A model generated the notes under the pieces. It ran no database searches. It was not told the DNA's origin and saw only the letters and a list, made by a program, of their open reading frames with translations. This document shows positions 22,508 through 35,214 of a stretch of 36,458 nucleotides of DNA, one piece after another (position 1 is the first letter of the stretch; each line of letters starts with the position of its first letter). A program made the position numbers and the translations under genes. The DNA comes from Catajapyx aquilonaris. Its lineage: Eukaryota. Location: positions 1-36,458 of the forward strand of contig KZ539018.1 in assembly GCA_000934665.2 (NCBI GenBank). The letters run 5' to 3'.

Positions 22508-23059
22508 CAGGGTGTTTCAAATTCATGGGTCGTTTTTTTATACAGGGTGTCTAATCATTTTTGTCCGAACAATTATCGGAAAATTGCCCGTAGCTGCTAC
22601 TTTTTAAGCAGTGACTTGCAAACGGTGATTTTTAGGAGGAACGGGGAATATTCCCTGCGAATCGTAGGTTGAAGTGGCCTTCTGAAAATTGAGGGTCAAG
22701 CCTGGAAAAAAGAGGGTCACACAACATGCCATGGGATGTGTGACCCTCTTTTTCCCCATTCCCCATTCCTCCGACAAATCACCGGTTGCAAGTCACTGCT
22801 TAAAAAGTAACAGCTACGCGCAATTTTTCGATAACTGTTCGGACAAAAAAGATGAGACACCCTGTATGACTGATATCACCCGATAGTAGTTATATTTTAG
22901 TAGCTTATTGTGCCCCGATACAGGTTTCATATTACTTCCCGGGGGTCAAAAGGCACCTTCGTTAAGGTCACACCTATAGCGACGGTACAACAAAATAACT
23001 ACTACCGTCGAGAAAGGTTATATTTTAAAAAAAGACTCACGAATTTTTGAAACACCCTG
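22508..23059. mobile_element. MITE family B (outer element, CAGGGTGTTTCAAA termini) hosting a family A copy
   Basis: Left end CAGGGTGTTTCAAATTCATGGGTC, right end GACTCACGAATTTTTGAAACACCCTG, TA flanks; related copy at 25104-25474. Confidence 0.8.
22543..22864. mobile_element. MITE family A, nested full copy
   Basis: Matches 5663-5980; variant termini CAGGGTGTCT...AGACACCCTG; TA on both sides. Confidence 0.88.
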
Positions 23060-23348
23060 TATAAGGGAATGTTTGTTTGTTTGTTTGTCCATGGCAACGG
23101 GCTATCATGACATCAAAATTCAACTATTGATTGTTGTTGATTACATCACCATTGAAACATCCCGCGCGAAGAACGGGCTCCACTGCTAGTGTTGAATATT
23201 TAATCCTGCTCTTACGTATACATTATATAAGGGAAAGTTTGTTTGTTTGTTTGTCCATGGCAACAGGTTACCGTGACAACTCTTAATGTTGCTGATGACA
23301 TTACCATGATGGAACCAGGCCGTGCGAAGAACGGGTTCCGCTGCTGGC
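23060..23348 (+). mobile_element. Two tandem non-autonomous Helitron-like elements
   Basis: TATAAGGGAA(T/A)GTTTGTTTGTTTGTCCATGGCAAC heads near 23060 and 23225; 3' hairpin CCCGCGCGAAGAACGGG then CTAG-T (23186-23190); the second copy ends CCGTGCGAAGAACGGG...CTGG. Confidence 0.7.
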
Positions 23349-25103
23349 ATTGTTGAATATTATTACCCAAAAAGTCCTAGCTATAATATCGTATGGAGCA
23401 AAAAGACATATCTGTTATTCCCATTGGGGAATCTGTTGAGAGAGAGAGAGAGAGAGGGTTTTTTCCCCCTCTGTTGAAAAGTGGGTACGACTCGTGTTCC
23501 ATGCGGCATCCATCTGTTTTTCCCCCCTGGAGCAAGATGGTGGATCAACTGGGCCAGCTTTTGTTTTTGCGACGGTCAACTTTCCAATACGGCCGATATA
23601 TTAGTTGAAAGATCGTGCTCCTAAACAGAGCTGCGAGGGAGGGAGGTGGGCTGGGGAGGAGGTGGGGTTGGAGGGGGGGAAAGACTACTACCCACAGTAG
23701 AGATTGGAGGGAGGTATATAGATTTAGGAGCCCGGGAAAGGTTTTGCTGGGGGAAGAGATGCGGTTTCGCTGGGAATGGTTTGGGGTGTTCGAGAGAACT
23801 TGGAGGGGGGAGAGAGATCATGGGTCCATCCCTGGGAACATGAATATTGCATGAGCAATCCATCGGAGGGCCAAAAGTGCTCGGGGCCCAAGCCTCCCAA
23901 CTTTTGTGGTCGGGATGAGTGGACTGCGGTCAAGAGACATTTTTTTTCTCTCCTTCTTCTTTTTTGGCTAATCCTTATACGTGTGAGATTTTTGCGACGT
24001 TGGGGTCTCAACTTTGTTAGGATTTGTTTTTTATAAGTACGTGGAGATTTTTATTGCTTGGTTGAAAGTTAGTTGCTGGAGATGGTTTATAACATAATTG
24101 GTGCGTGATTGGTGCGGATTTTTTTTTGGCCCGGTTTTTAATGGCATGTGCAGCTTTTTGTTTGTACAGCTCTTTTTAAAAGTAAATCTATGAAACGTAG
24201 CCTACTGGTATCGACAATCATGCATTTGTGTACGTAGTTAATAAATAACATAAATAGCAATTATGATAATGGTAATTGTGAGTTGAAGTCAGCCACGAAT
24301 ATTTAAGTCGTCTTATAATGTCAAAATGTCTTCCCTCAGTTTGTCGCACCAAAAAGACGTGGTGTGAGTTCCAGGAGATAACAAAATGAAACTTGAACCT
24401 TCTGAACCTCCCTGTGGCGATAAAATAAGCCGGACTGAGCCGAGGCAGACGCAATTCCCTTTGTGAGCCTAGTCCAGCATGTTGCCGTCTTTCAAGAGAA
24501 GAGTGGTCGTTGGATGCACATCATAAAGTTTTGTGGGCAACCCTTTGCATAATCAGGATCTCTGACGTCACCTCGGCCTCCTTTTTCTCTCTCTCAGTAT
24601 ATAGAAAATTTCTTTTTTAGCGCAGAAAAAGGATATTCCGCCTTTCTATTGTGGAACCTAAATCATTGATGATCGGCAACGGAAGCCGAGTCTTGATATA
24701 CATAGCGGGTTAGGATAAGAAAAGAAAAAGAAAAAAAAAGTATATGCCCTCCATTTTTTGGGCGAAAAAGTTTGACTTGTAAATAAGGGAAGATCCTCTT
24801 TTTTATCAGGGGGTTTTAAGCTCGTTTTTTTTTTTTGGCTAAGCTGGCAATCTCTGGTCTTGGTAATTTGCAAGGTTGGTCGATTAAGGTAAATGGGCAC
24901 CAATCTAACTTACATTTTAGATTTTAGGAGGGGGGGGGGGNGGGGGGAACTAGTACACGGCAAGGGTTTAGACGTTAGAGGATTATAATCAGTAATGAAA
25001 GTTGACGCTGTATAGTTTAAAAAGTTCAGGAAAGGATTTTGCGTTGTAATTCGCAAAAAAAAATGCATTATTAGGAAAAGTGACGCTACCAGTTAAACTA
25101 TTG

Positions 25104-25206
25104 TAGGAATATTCCAAATTCGTGGGTCGTTTTTTTTGTAACTGATATCGCCCTATAATTATTATTATTTGTAACTTGTTGTGCCCCTAACCACCTATAA
25201 AACTAC

Positions 25207-25267
<61 letters not shown>

Positions 25268-25474
25268 TATTACCCCATAAGGCCCAAGAGCCTTCATAGG
25301 GGGACACACACTTCATATTATACATACATCCACATTACCGTCTCCTATAGAAACTACTATATTCGACCTCCCTGGGTGTAATAGGTAATCGCGGCACAAC
25401 ATGCTCCAAAATTAACTCACATTGAGCTAAATTAGTTATTTTTAAAAAACACCCACGAATTTTGGAACACCCTG
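25104..25474. mobile_element. MITE family B, diverged copy
   Basis: TTCCAAATTCGTGGGTCGTTTTT...ACTGATATC at the left and CCCACGAATTTTGGAACACCCTG at the right match the ends of 22508-23059. Confidence 0.7.
25211..25343 (-). mobile_element. 5'-truncated non-LTR retroposon tail with (ATT)n end
   Basis: (AAT)n at about 25208-25266, stem-loop CCCCATAAGGC-CCAAGA-GCCTTCATAGGGG, flanked by CCTATA(G)AAACTACTATA direct repeats (25194-25210, 25344-25361). Confidence 0.65.
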
Positions 25475-26587
25475 TGTATTCAGGCAGGGTCCTGATAATT
25501 TTAGTTAATTGTGGGCTCTGTAACCGCACTTTCCTTTTTGTGGCGCAGCAAGCCAATGAACGTTATTGTGGCTCTGCTAATGTGACATTCCGACTCTTCC
25601 GTCGCGTAGGTTCCATTTCCTGACATGTTATGGCCTCAGTTGCTGTTCACCATTTAAAAAACAAAAGCACTGTGCTAATTTAAATTCAGCCAATTTAAAT
25701 GACAATCTGTGGAAGAGACCGCATTGTTAACTAATTTTTTTTTCTCACCACCAGACAACGCATTTCTGTTCATAAAAGAAAACTCCGTGTGGCTTGGAAG
25801 GAGCGGAATTTTTTTTCATTTTTTCTACAAAAAAAAAAAAATGGGAGAGGAAGTAGGCAACAAAGTGTGGTTTTCATTTTCATAGTCCCCAGAACGGAGC
25901 CTAGTTTCCCCAATATCTTTTCTTCTGCCCTGAGTCACAAAGCCCCTCCGCCGCCCATTTGTATTCATTCCCGCCACTATAACAATGGATTTCCCAGACA
26001 ACCAATGACAGTTCGCCTGCTTTAAGGACGCATTGGACTTCCCGTTCCGGTGCCCAGAATCTTCCAGAGGAGAATAGGGAAAGAGGGGGGGACACCCTCA
26101 TAGAAGAAAAAAAAACAGAACTTGGTAAAAAAAATATAGAAGAGAGCAACGCGTATATTTGATTAATTTATTCATTTCCATCTGAATTAAATAAGATAAA
26201 ATATGGTGCACATTAATATGGATATGAAGGAAATCGCTGCTCAAATTAGGCGTAACATCACCATATTTGCATAAATATGTCGTGCACACATTTATCATCT
26301 GGATAGAAACAGGATAGAATGGCCTCGATTTACATACGTAATCCGGTTAGGAGGGAGGGGGGTATGGAGGGTAAAGGGAGAGGGGGTGGGGGGAGAGAAT
26401 CCGGGAGAGCTCCAGCGACTCCGGTTCCGACTGGCTGCACATGGCCATTGGAGCGACGCCCAGATTTGTGGCTTTCCGCCTCCAATATGCTCATTGTTAC
26501 TTCTAAGGTGCGGATGGGAAGGGGGAATGAGGAAGCATTACTCTCCGTAACCCAGGACTGTACATGCAATTGGGGAATGGGGATTGT

Positions 26588-27010
26588 CCATGTAGTACCA
26601 TACCCCTCAATAGATGGCACATCTTCCCTCTCTGCACACTCGTACACCTAGCTGATGACTCACCCCGGACAGAGTCACATACGCAGTCTTTAGTAGCGAA
26701 CCCGTTGCCAAAATTTGGCAACACTGCCTCCACTTGGATGTAGTACGATATGCCACTACCAGTTGGCACAGTCTGCACACTACTGCCACTGAGTGGTCAA
26801 GTAGTACGGCATGCACGATGGTGATGAGTCACCGCGCGGACAAAGCCCACCAGGGTGCTATAAGCAGTGAAGTTGAAGTGTGTCCCAACCTCTCCTACCG
26901 CTTGTGTCCTCACATTATTGAACGGAAAAAGTGGTAATAATGGTAACTACATGCACCTATGTGATGAGTCAACGCGTGTAGGAAGAAAGTCACGCCTAGC
27001 TAATTCTCTA
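26588..27010 (+). repeat. Cluster of three family R segments
   Basis: TGATGACTCA or TGATGAGTCA cores near 26653, 26822 and 26962, each with family R flanks. Confidence 0.7.
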
Positions 27011-27427
27011 TATGATTATTTTGTGTTTATTTAGGACAATGCAGTGCGGATTGCAGAAGGATATTCACTACACTAGAAGAAAGGTGAAGAAAATCCTGTT
27101 GGGAATATTCTTGTAGGGAATTCTCTGGGGCGAGATTCAAGGGAATTCTCTCGGGATTAGTAGAGGAATTCTGGGTAATCTGGTAGAAATAAACCGGGGG
27201 GGTTAATATTGAGAAATCCTCTCTTGAGATATGTTCTGGGAGAATGTATGTGGAATCTGGCGAATCGACTCTTTCTTTGGGGAATTATAGACATTTTAGC
27301 AGCGCAATTCGGAGTAAACTTATGCCTATAGCTGTGGTGTCAATGTCTGTAGCGGGCAGTAAGTAAACTATACCCTGTCGTAACTAGATACGACTAGAGA
27401 GGGAAGAGAGTCGCCATCGTCACTATC

Positions 27428-27625
27428 GTCTCTGATTGGCTAGAGCGAACTACTCCAGCCAATCGGAGTCATCAACCCAGTCACGGTCTCTGATTGGCCG
27501 GAGTAATTTTGGATTGTCCTGTGGAGGCCGCCATCTTGGAAACCGTGGCCGGCCCTGGCGTCACGGTTGTCTGTGATTGGCTGGAGCCAACTACTCCAGC
27601 CAATCGGAGTCGACCGTGACGTTGG
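27428..27625. repeat. Duplicated CCAAT palindromes
   Basis: GATTGGCT(A/G)GAG-7 nt-CTCCAGCCAATC at about 27434-27464 and 27575-27605; YY1-like GCCGCCATCTT near 27527. Confidence 0.7.
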
Positions 27626-30079
27626 CGACCGTTGATGAATCCGGCCTCTGGTTTCCTATACGGAGGCGTCGCGTTGTCCTCCGGATTCGTCGATTATGCA
27701 AGGTGGCCCAGGAAAAAAAAGTGTAATGTATGATATGCATGGCGGCGGTCCGCCTGGGCTTTATGCCTGGTCCCTGCTTCCGATGCATATTGGATGTGTA
27801 TCGGGAGTAGTGGTGTCCAGGCTGTGCCTCATGCACATGCAACAGCTGCTTTTCCGGATTCCCCCAAGTATTCATCCCCAGTCGCCGGGTACAGGGTGTG
27901 CCCAAAAGTGATTGAACTCGTGTTATTTTGAACCCGGGTTTTTTTTTTCCAGTCCTTATATATTTTGAGTGGTGGGTGGGTGTGGGTGGGAGGCGCGGAG
28001 TGTGGCCTTATTTTCTTGCAGAGCTGGCCGTCAGCGGAGGATGTGCGAGGCGCGCCTGTTTGGCTGTGGGGAAGTGAAAATCTCCTGACACACCATTAAT
28101 CGTGAAACAAATCGAGAGGGGGAGGTTTCTTCCTTCATATTTTTTTTACAAAAAAAAATAGAACCTCCCCCCCTTCTCTATTCCGCGAATGGCTTTTGAA
28201 TTGCACAACCTTGTAAAGTCCGGCTTGAGGGAAACTGGGTGTAACCTCCCCCCTCTTCTTCAAAGAAAAAAAAAAACATAAAGAAGAAGAGAGTGGAAGG
28301 CTTGTTTCCGCTTCGATGCGAATTCGAAATGTGAAGTTTAGAATATAGGGAAATAATATGACAAGACGGATGGATGTAAACAGAACCCAGGCAAAGGTAC
28401 GAGTCTTTGATGGGCCCAAAATGAATGGAGTTGTCGGAACATATTCATCACTCGGGTACGGACTTTCCCCAAATGGATGAACGATGGTTTACTGACGGAA
28501 GTGGGTTTCGACTTTGGGGGGGNNNNNNGGGGGGGGGGGGGGGGAAATTATATGAAAAAAAAATTGGAGGGTGTTTGTTGAGCATGCAACATACGAAGGG
28601 GAAGGAATGCATGGTAATTCCTCTTTTGGAGTATTCAGCATCAGTGTATACATTCCTCTGGTAGAATTTCAGTAATTGAAATGTAATGATCATTCACGCA
28701 TTGTAGTGTGTACTCTGTACATATTATGACCAAGAGATACCTTCTGGCACTTACATTGTAAGAGAAATTTTGTTTAGAGAATCACACCCTGGCCAATTGG
28801 CGAGGGTCCCCACCACCTTCATTACCGCCATGTGGAATCCCCGGGAAATAATTAATGAATTTCCATTTTTATCAACGTGAGCATGTGGTTTTCGCAAATG
28901 CAATCGGATCTGAGCGGCTTAGCCGGCGTGTAGAAATTATCTGGATTCACGGGCTCAAGGTTTAGCAAACTCCGTTACATCGACGGGGTATAGAAGATAC
29001 ACAGTATGATATCATATATGGTGGACATTGCTATACGTTTTTTAAAAAATTGAATCACTTTCGGTTAGAAATTGACTGAGAATGTACCCAAAGGATTGTC
29101 CTTTTCCCTCAACCATCACAGGGTTGGTTTTGGGGTGGGTGGTGGTTTGAAATTACAGGTCTCTCCAGGGAGGTATATGGTGAGGCAGTAAAGTAAAACG
29201 GAGCCGGGACCTAAATGCACGCCTGGGGAGATGGGGCCTCACCCCCATTTCATTAGCAAAGAGCCGATACCTGTCCGACATGTGCAATCCTCGACGCCAA
29301 CTTGTAATCTCCCTCTGGGGAAACGTGGCGGAGGCTACATTGTTCTATACCAGCTCTAAGAAGGGAAAATAATGAAGTCGGACATGCGGCACGTTGAATA
29401 ACTTTGAGTAGAAGAGAGTGAGGCAGACTGGAACAAAACGGAACGAAATGGGAATGAGAAAACTGGCTATGTCCTAATGTGGGTCAACACCTTTCCAAAT
29501 AAAAGGAGCCCATGACGAATATGCGCCATTTTTGATCCCACATTGTCGAGTTTCCGCCCTGCCACATAAACATCGAGAAAAGTAGCTGATACAGATATTA
29601 CTGAAAATGGATGCTATTCTCGCTCGCTTCTTTTTTCTCCTGACTGCTGCGAAAAGTCCTCTTGCCATCCATCCTTCTTGCCGAGAGCATTCCAAAGTGT
29701 TTGAAAGGGACATGGTTGACAAATAGGGCCTTTCCCAGTCAGAACCTACCCGTCTCCACACCCAACCGCCACATTCGCAAAGTCTGACGTATGACCGCCT
29801 ATACACATTTGCAACACAATTATTGAGCCTGAAAACCCATTTTTCCACATGTCTTACACACAGTGTGTTTCAAAAAGGTGGATGTAATCAATGGCTTGAA
29901 TCTGTGCCTCTGTTAGTCCGGGATGAGTCATCGTGGTAGGACTCGCCGCAAGGGTGCGGCCAATTATAGTCCATATCCACTACGAAATTGTCCATAAACG
30001 CCTCCATTTTTTTTGTTAATAAAAGTGGTATGGTATATGATTAATTGTAGGTCACACGAGAAGGGTGCGCCCATTTTTA

Positions 30080-30587
30080 AGCCGCGTTTGCGTATGTGAG
30101 CTATTTGATCAGCGATAATGACAGCGATTAGACCAATTGTTTGGGGCGAAAATATATTATATTTTCGCCCTAAATCGCTGCAACATCGCCGATCACATGT
30201 AAACTGCGGCTTTACCACGCTTGTTACTTTCGCCAACGATGTAATCGCTGCAACATCGCTGAGCGATTAGACCAATTGTTTTGGGGGCGATGGTACCAAT
30301 GCACGGATATTTTCGCTCCAAACAATTCGTCTCATCTCTCGCACTCTCGGCGATGACATCGCTGCAACATCGCCGATCACATGTCAACGCGGATTATTTA
30401 CCACGCTTGTTACTTTCGCCAACGATGTAATCGCTGCAACATCGCTGAGCGATGAATCCAATTGTTTGGGGGCGAAAGTATAACAATCATGGTAACGGTA
30501 TTTTCGCCCCCAAACAATTCGTCTCATCTCTCGGCGATGACATCGCTGCAACATCGCCGATAAAATCGCTCGCATGTAAACGCGGCT
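30080..30587. mobile_element. Harbinger-like MITE with internal tandem expansion (period about 186 bp)
   Basis: AAGCCGCGTTT (30079-30089) inverted with AAACGCGGCTT (30578-30588); ATCGCTGCAACATCGC occurs five times; block CCACGCTTGTTACTTTCGCCAACGATG at about 30215 and 30401. Confidence 0.65.
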
Positions 30588-31758
30588 TGCACCACGTGAA
30601 CGACGCCATTTTTTCTCCGGAAAATTTGTATGCGATTAATGGTTACACGACGAAGATGCGGCCATTTTTAGTTCAATCATTGCTCGTTGATGAACGACGC
30701 CATTTTTGTTCCAGATAAACACGACGATGGTGCGGCCATTTTTAGTCCAATTTATTGCTCGAGATCCGGCCGCCATTTTTGGTCCCAAATCAATTCGCAT
30801 GCATTTCCATTTGCTGGAAACCGAGAATGATAATAATGCTGCGATATATATTTATCCAAAATGCTTGCCATCTCGACGCCCATCCCTTGGCCCATCCCCA
30901 CCTCGTAATTTCCAAAAACCTTCTCTCTGCCTGACAATCTATATCTTCCCTTTTCCAGCAGTCCTTCTGTGCTCGCGACTCTCTCTCTTCTCCCATTTCC
31001 ATTTCGAAGATTAAATTTTGATGTATAGCGGCTGAGACGTCACATATGGCCGAGGTTTGGATGGTGAGGTTTTAAGGCCCAGTGTCAATGGAGCTCCAAT
31101 CAGCTAATGGCAGGAGGGCGGGAGGGAGAGTGTGACAGCAGGGGGTGCACTTACAGGGGGAGGTGGATATATAAAAAAAAGAGATGAGAAGACTGGGCAT
31201 AAATCGTCGGCAGAGTATGCTCTGACTTGCCGCCTCACGATCCCGCCTTATGCCGTCTTCGCCCTTTTGCGCCGCCCTTGATTCATTGGAATGACGAAGA
31301 GGGCCCATGCCAACTCTCAGAGAGAAATTCGGCCGAACTTTTTTTTTCTTCTTCTTCTAGCGCTCTATGGAAAGCTCATGACTGCGGAATTGCCGAGACG
31401 GAGCACCGATTAATGTCAATGCCAAGCCCCGGATATTGGGTTCCGATTCTTGCCGACGGGAGGGCGTGAGAGATGCCAAAGGTTGCGTGGGTTCGCGGTG
31501 AATCTGGAGAAACAAAAAATTGTTTCAGACAAACCATCACTGTATTAACTGTATTAACCCATATTATGCCTAGAGTTGTGTTATAACTTAGATGATTTTA
31601 TTATACAAATGTAACTGCGTGCGCACCACAGTTCGCGCAGCCTGCACACGGTTGGCATTTTCGTACAGTAGGGCTTCTCACATCCTAACTTCGCATAAAA
31701 AAATAGATATGTCCTAAATATTGTGATCTCTCTGGCCTAACTGTTTACAATATATATA

Positions 31759-32083
31759 CAAGGTGTTTCAACTTTTTTGTCCGAACAGTTATCGGAAAAT
31801 TGCACGTAGCTGCTACTTTGTAAGCAGTGACTTTCAAACGGTGATTTTTAGGAGGAACGGGGAATATTCCCTGCGAATCGTATAGGTTGAAGTGGCATAC
31901 ATGCTGCCCGCTGAAAATTGAGGGTCAAGCATGGAAAAAAGAGGGTCACACATGCCATGGGATGTGTGACCCTCTTTTTCCCCATTCCCCCGACAAATCA
32001 CAGGTTGCAAGTCACTGCTTACAAAGTGGCAGCTACGTGCAATTTTCCGATAACTGTTCGGACAAAAAAGTTGAAACACCCTG
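31759..32083. mobile_element. MITE family A, full copy
   Basis: Matches 5663-5980; TA flanks. Confidence 0.9.
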
Positions 32084-33318
32084 TATATAGAAATGAAAAT
32101 TCTATAACTTTGGAGAGTTTGAGAGTATATTTACCTTCGAGGTCTTCAACCTTGCAGAAGCCTTTTGGAGCTATCCCTTTTTAAAGAGAAGTTACTCAGC
32201 TCGCAATTCTCTTCTCGCCGCAAACCGTCCGCCATTTGCATTTCATGAGCAGACGTTTGGACACATCCGGAAACCTGCCCTTCATTGAGCATCATGCCTA
32301 GTCCTAGTCACGACGCGACCAAAATAGACAAAAAGTACAGTCTTTCCTCCTTACTTTCTTTCTTTCTTTTTTATGTGTACCCAGCATATAAAGTACCCTC
32401 ACTTTTGTCCACAGAATCCAAGATGGCTTTTGGACTCTTCTCCTGAATGCAAATTTTCTCCCCCCCCAAAAACCGGGGCTAAGAAGTCCATTATCCTTCC
32501 CCTTTTCCTTTTTGCCTTGGGAGTTACGCCTTTAAGAGTATAAAAACATTTTCTTGGCACGTCTCTTATGCCCGCCGCATTATAGAGAGAAACCCTCGGA
32601 TAAAAGGGCGGGACTTAGACACATTTAGTCTCTAATCTCTTCTCTTACTATACCCGCCTACACCCTTCTCTCTCTCTCTCTCTGCAACAGCCCCCAGAGC
32701 CAGAAAACCTTTTTACCAGAAGCAAAGTTTCATATCTGGAGCTGAGGGTCTCTCTCCCCGGCTGTATTTCCATATTAACTAATGCCCGTTTATAGTCAGA
32801 ATATGCGATAAGGTGAAATCTTGCCTGGCGGCCACTTTAAATCACGTAGGGCCTATTCAATGACGCATACAAAGTAGTGCATTAAATTTGAGGATATTGT
32901 GTATTGTAGGGGGGGAGGGGTGGAAGGTAGGGAGGAGGGGTAACACCTCTATCCTGTGGCGATAAAACTTTGGCCATTTTATGGGAAGGCGCCGACATTG
33001 ATCCTATACGTGTAGATGGCTGAGGCGAGGAAAGTGGCGACGGGAGATTGAATATAGGTCCGGTTTTTAGAGGGGGGGGGGGTTCTGGTTGGGGGTGGTT
33101 GTGTGATTGGAGGTCTGTGTATGGGGCTCGTGGGTGTCCTTCAAGAGAAGCGGGGGGGGGAAAGGAAATCTGTCTGTTTGACGGAATTCGTACGCTTCGG
33201 AAGGGGAACGTGGACCAGGTTTTTATCAGTGGAATAATGTCTAGGTAAAGCTGTTTGTACTGTACAGGGTGTTTGAGAAATACAGGGCTCAAAGGACATC
33301 GAAAAAGTAGTAAAAAAG

Positions 33319-33583
33319 CAGAGGTGGGCACAGCTAACTTCGATAACAGCTAACAACAAGTCTACAGCTAACAGCTAACAACAAGCTAACTTGCTCAGCA
33401 AAACCATGGACATCACCAAATCCTTAATGCTTAACAGCTAGAAAGGTTAAAGGAGAAACCCCGCTAATCATTCTAGCTGCTTATTATCATTAGCAATTTA
33501 GCGCCGCCCACGGTTTACTAACCAAATTAGCTGTTAGCGGAAGTTAGCTGAGCTAAAAAAATCGGTTAGCTTGCCCAGCTCTA
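33319..33583. mobile_element. hAT-like MITE with AGCTAAC subterminal repeats
   Basis: Ends CAGAGGTGGGCA and TGCCCAGCTCTA; AGCTAAC repeats on the left become GTTAGC(T) on the right; no clear 8-bp TSD. Confidence 0.55.
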
Positions 33584-34069
33584 AGTGATGCATCCCATGT
33601 ATCTGACATGATATAAGAGATTGTTTAAGGGTTTGAGTGGGCTGTATCATCTATGCATATGATGATTAGAAGATCCGCTGATTTGATAGCGTCATTAGCA
33701 GCTTGGTACCCGCAATCACTTAATACCCATTCGTCCTGATGCATTAATTTGGCCAAAATGAATCTCATTGCCTTTGGAGTCATTATCATCCAACTTCCAA
33801 CGGTCCGTGTGGTTTGTCCAAAAAAAAGGTAGTCTGATCTCTCTCTCTCTCTCTGTGGAATTGTTTGCCAGGATGCCAACCTTGAGCTGGTTTAATGCTT
33901 GAATTGGATGCGAAGATGAGAACGTGAAGGTGCTTCCGGGGGTGGGAGGGATGCGCAGAGAGCGATTATGCAAACGTGGCGAGGGAGAATAAAGCTTTGA
34001 GAAGCTGCCCGGAGCGGTTTTTTGGCCTAGGAAAATTGTAGGGGGAGGGAGGGGGGCAGACCCATGGAA

Positions 34070-34076
<7 letters not shown>

Positions 34077-34116
<40 letters not shown>
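34077..34116. repeat. (GA)n microsatellite
   Basis: Direct reading. Confidence 0.95.
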
Positions 34117-34117
<1 letters not shown>

Positions 34118-35015
34118 ACATACCCCTCGCCTTCCAATATGCCACTCATATTAACCCCCTCGCCTCAAGACAAGCCCACTCAAATTGAATCTCCGCAACT
34201 GCCTTCCCCCTTTTCCTTCCTTCCCCCTTTTCCTTCCTTCCTTCCTTCCAACCCAAGTATTCTCCCAGAGGAATAGGCCTGGAAATATTGCGCCTGCCTC
34301 TTACACCGGTTGCATAACAAGAGTCTGGATGAAAGGATATGCTTTTTAATCCAAGCAATATGTTACCGTACGTCCGTACTATCTACCAAAATATGGCCAC
34401 ATGTATCCAGATACATCATTACATCCACGACTGTCTCTGATTCAACAGAAAAAAGTGTTCAATTGTTATGTTAATTGTTCACAGTCATTGCCCATTTACT
34501 GTACACTCTGGTTGCATCAGTAATAGACTAATACTGTACATACTGCTAAGTTGTGGAATTATGTCATTATGGACTAGCATCTTAAATGGAAATTTATACA
34601 ACGTCTATTAGAATATGGCTTATTGTACTTGACTGGATACATCTGGAATATTTGTGGGGATTGCAATATCGTGCTGAATTTTACTGGTATTTCTTGGAAT
34701 TCCAAAATTCAGTTTTGAGTCACTCAGCTGTAGGCTCGTAATTCCAAAGCCTGAGTGCATGCTTGGCCAGTGCCAAATCATTAATTACATGTCAATGCAA
34801 AAGTCTGCAGGTCCGTTTCATCCACCCATCATTTCTGACGTAAGAATTTCATTACAGATGGTGATGATGAACCAACCAGTCGTAAGAAAATACCCACTAG
34901 TCTACAGAAAGGTAATCTGTAATTCATTGTTTGCATTGTTGTGTGAAATAATTAATTCTAACCTTTACGACTGCATTTGCCAAATACATTATTAGCAAGA
35001 GCTGTTGTAAGCTAA

Positions 35016-35214
35016 AGGCCGGTATCCACATACAAGATTTCTCACATACGAGGAGCCAACTGCGCATGCCCGGATCCGAGGAACGATGAAAAGTTCAAAA
35101 TTTTCAACGTTAATCCCCTTTTCGAGGGACAAGAGGGGCCCTGAGGCGACAAAGAGTCCGTCTCGACGTCCAAGATTTCTCGCGTAGGAGGAACTCGCAC
35201 GTCGATACCGGCCT
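35016..35214. mobile_element. PIF/Harbinger (Tourist-like) MITE
   Basis: TIRs AGGCCGGTATCCAC and GTCGATACCGGCCT, with TAA on both sides (35013-35015, 35215-35217). Confidence 0.75.
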
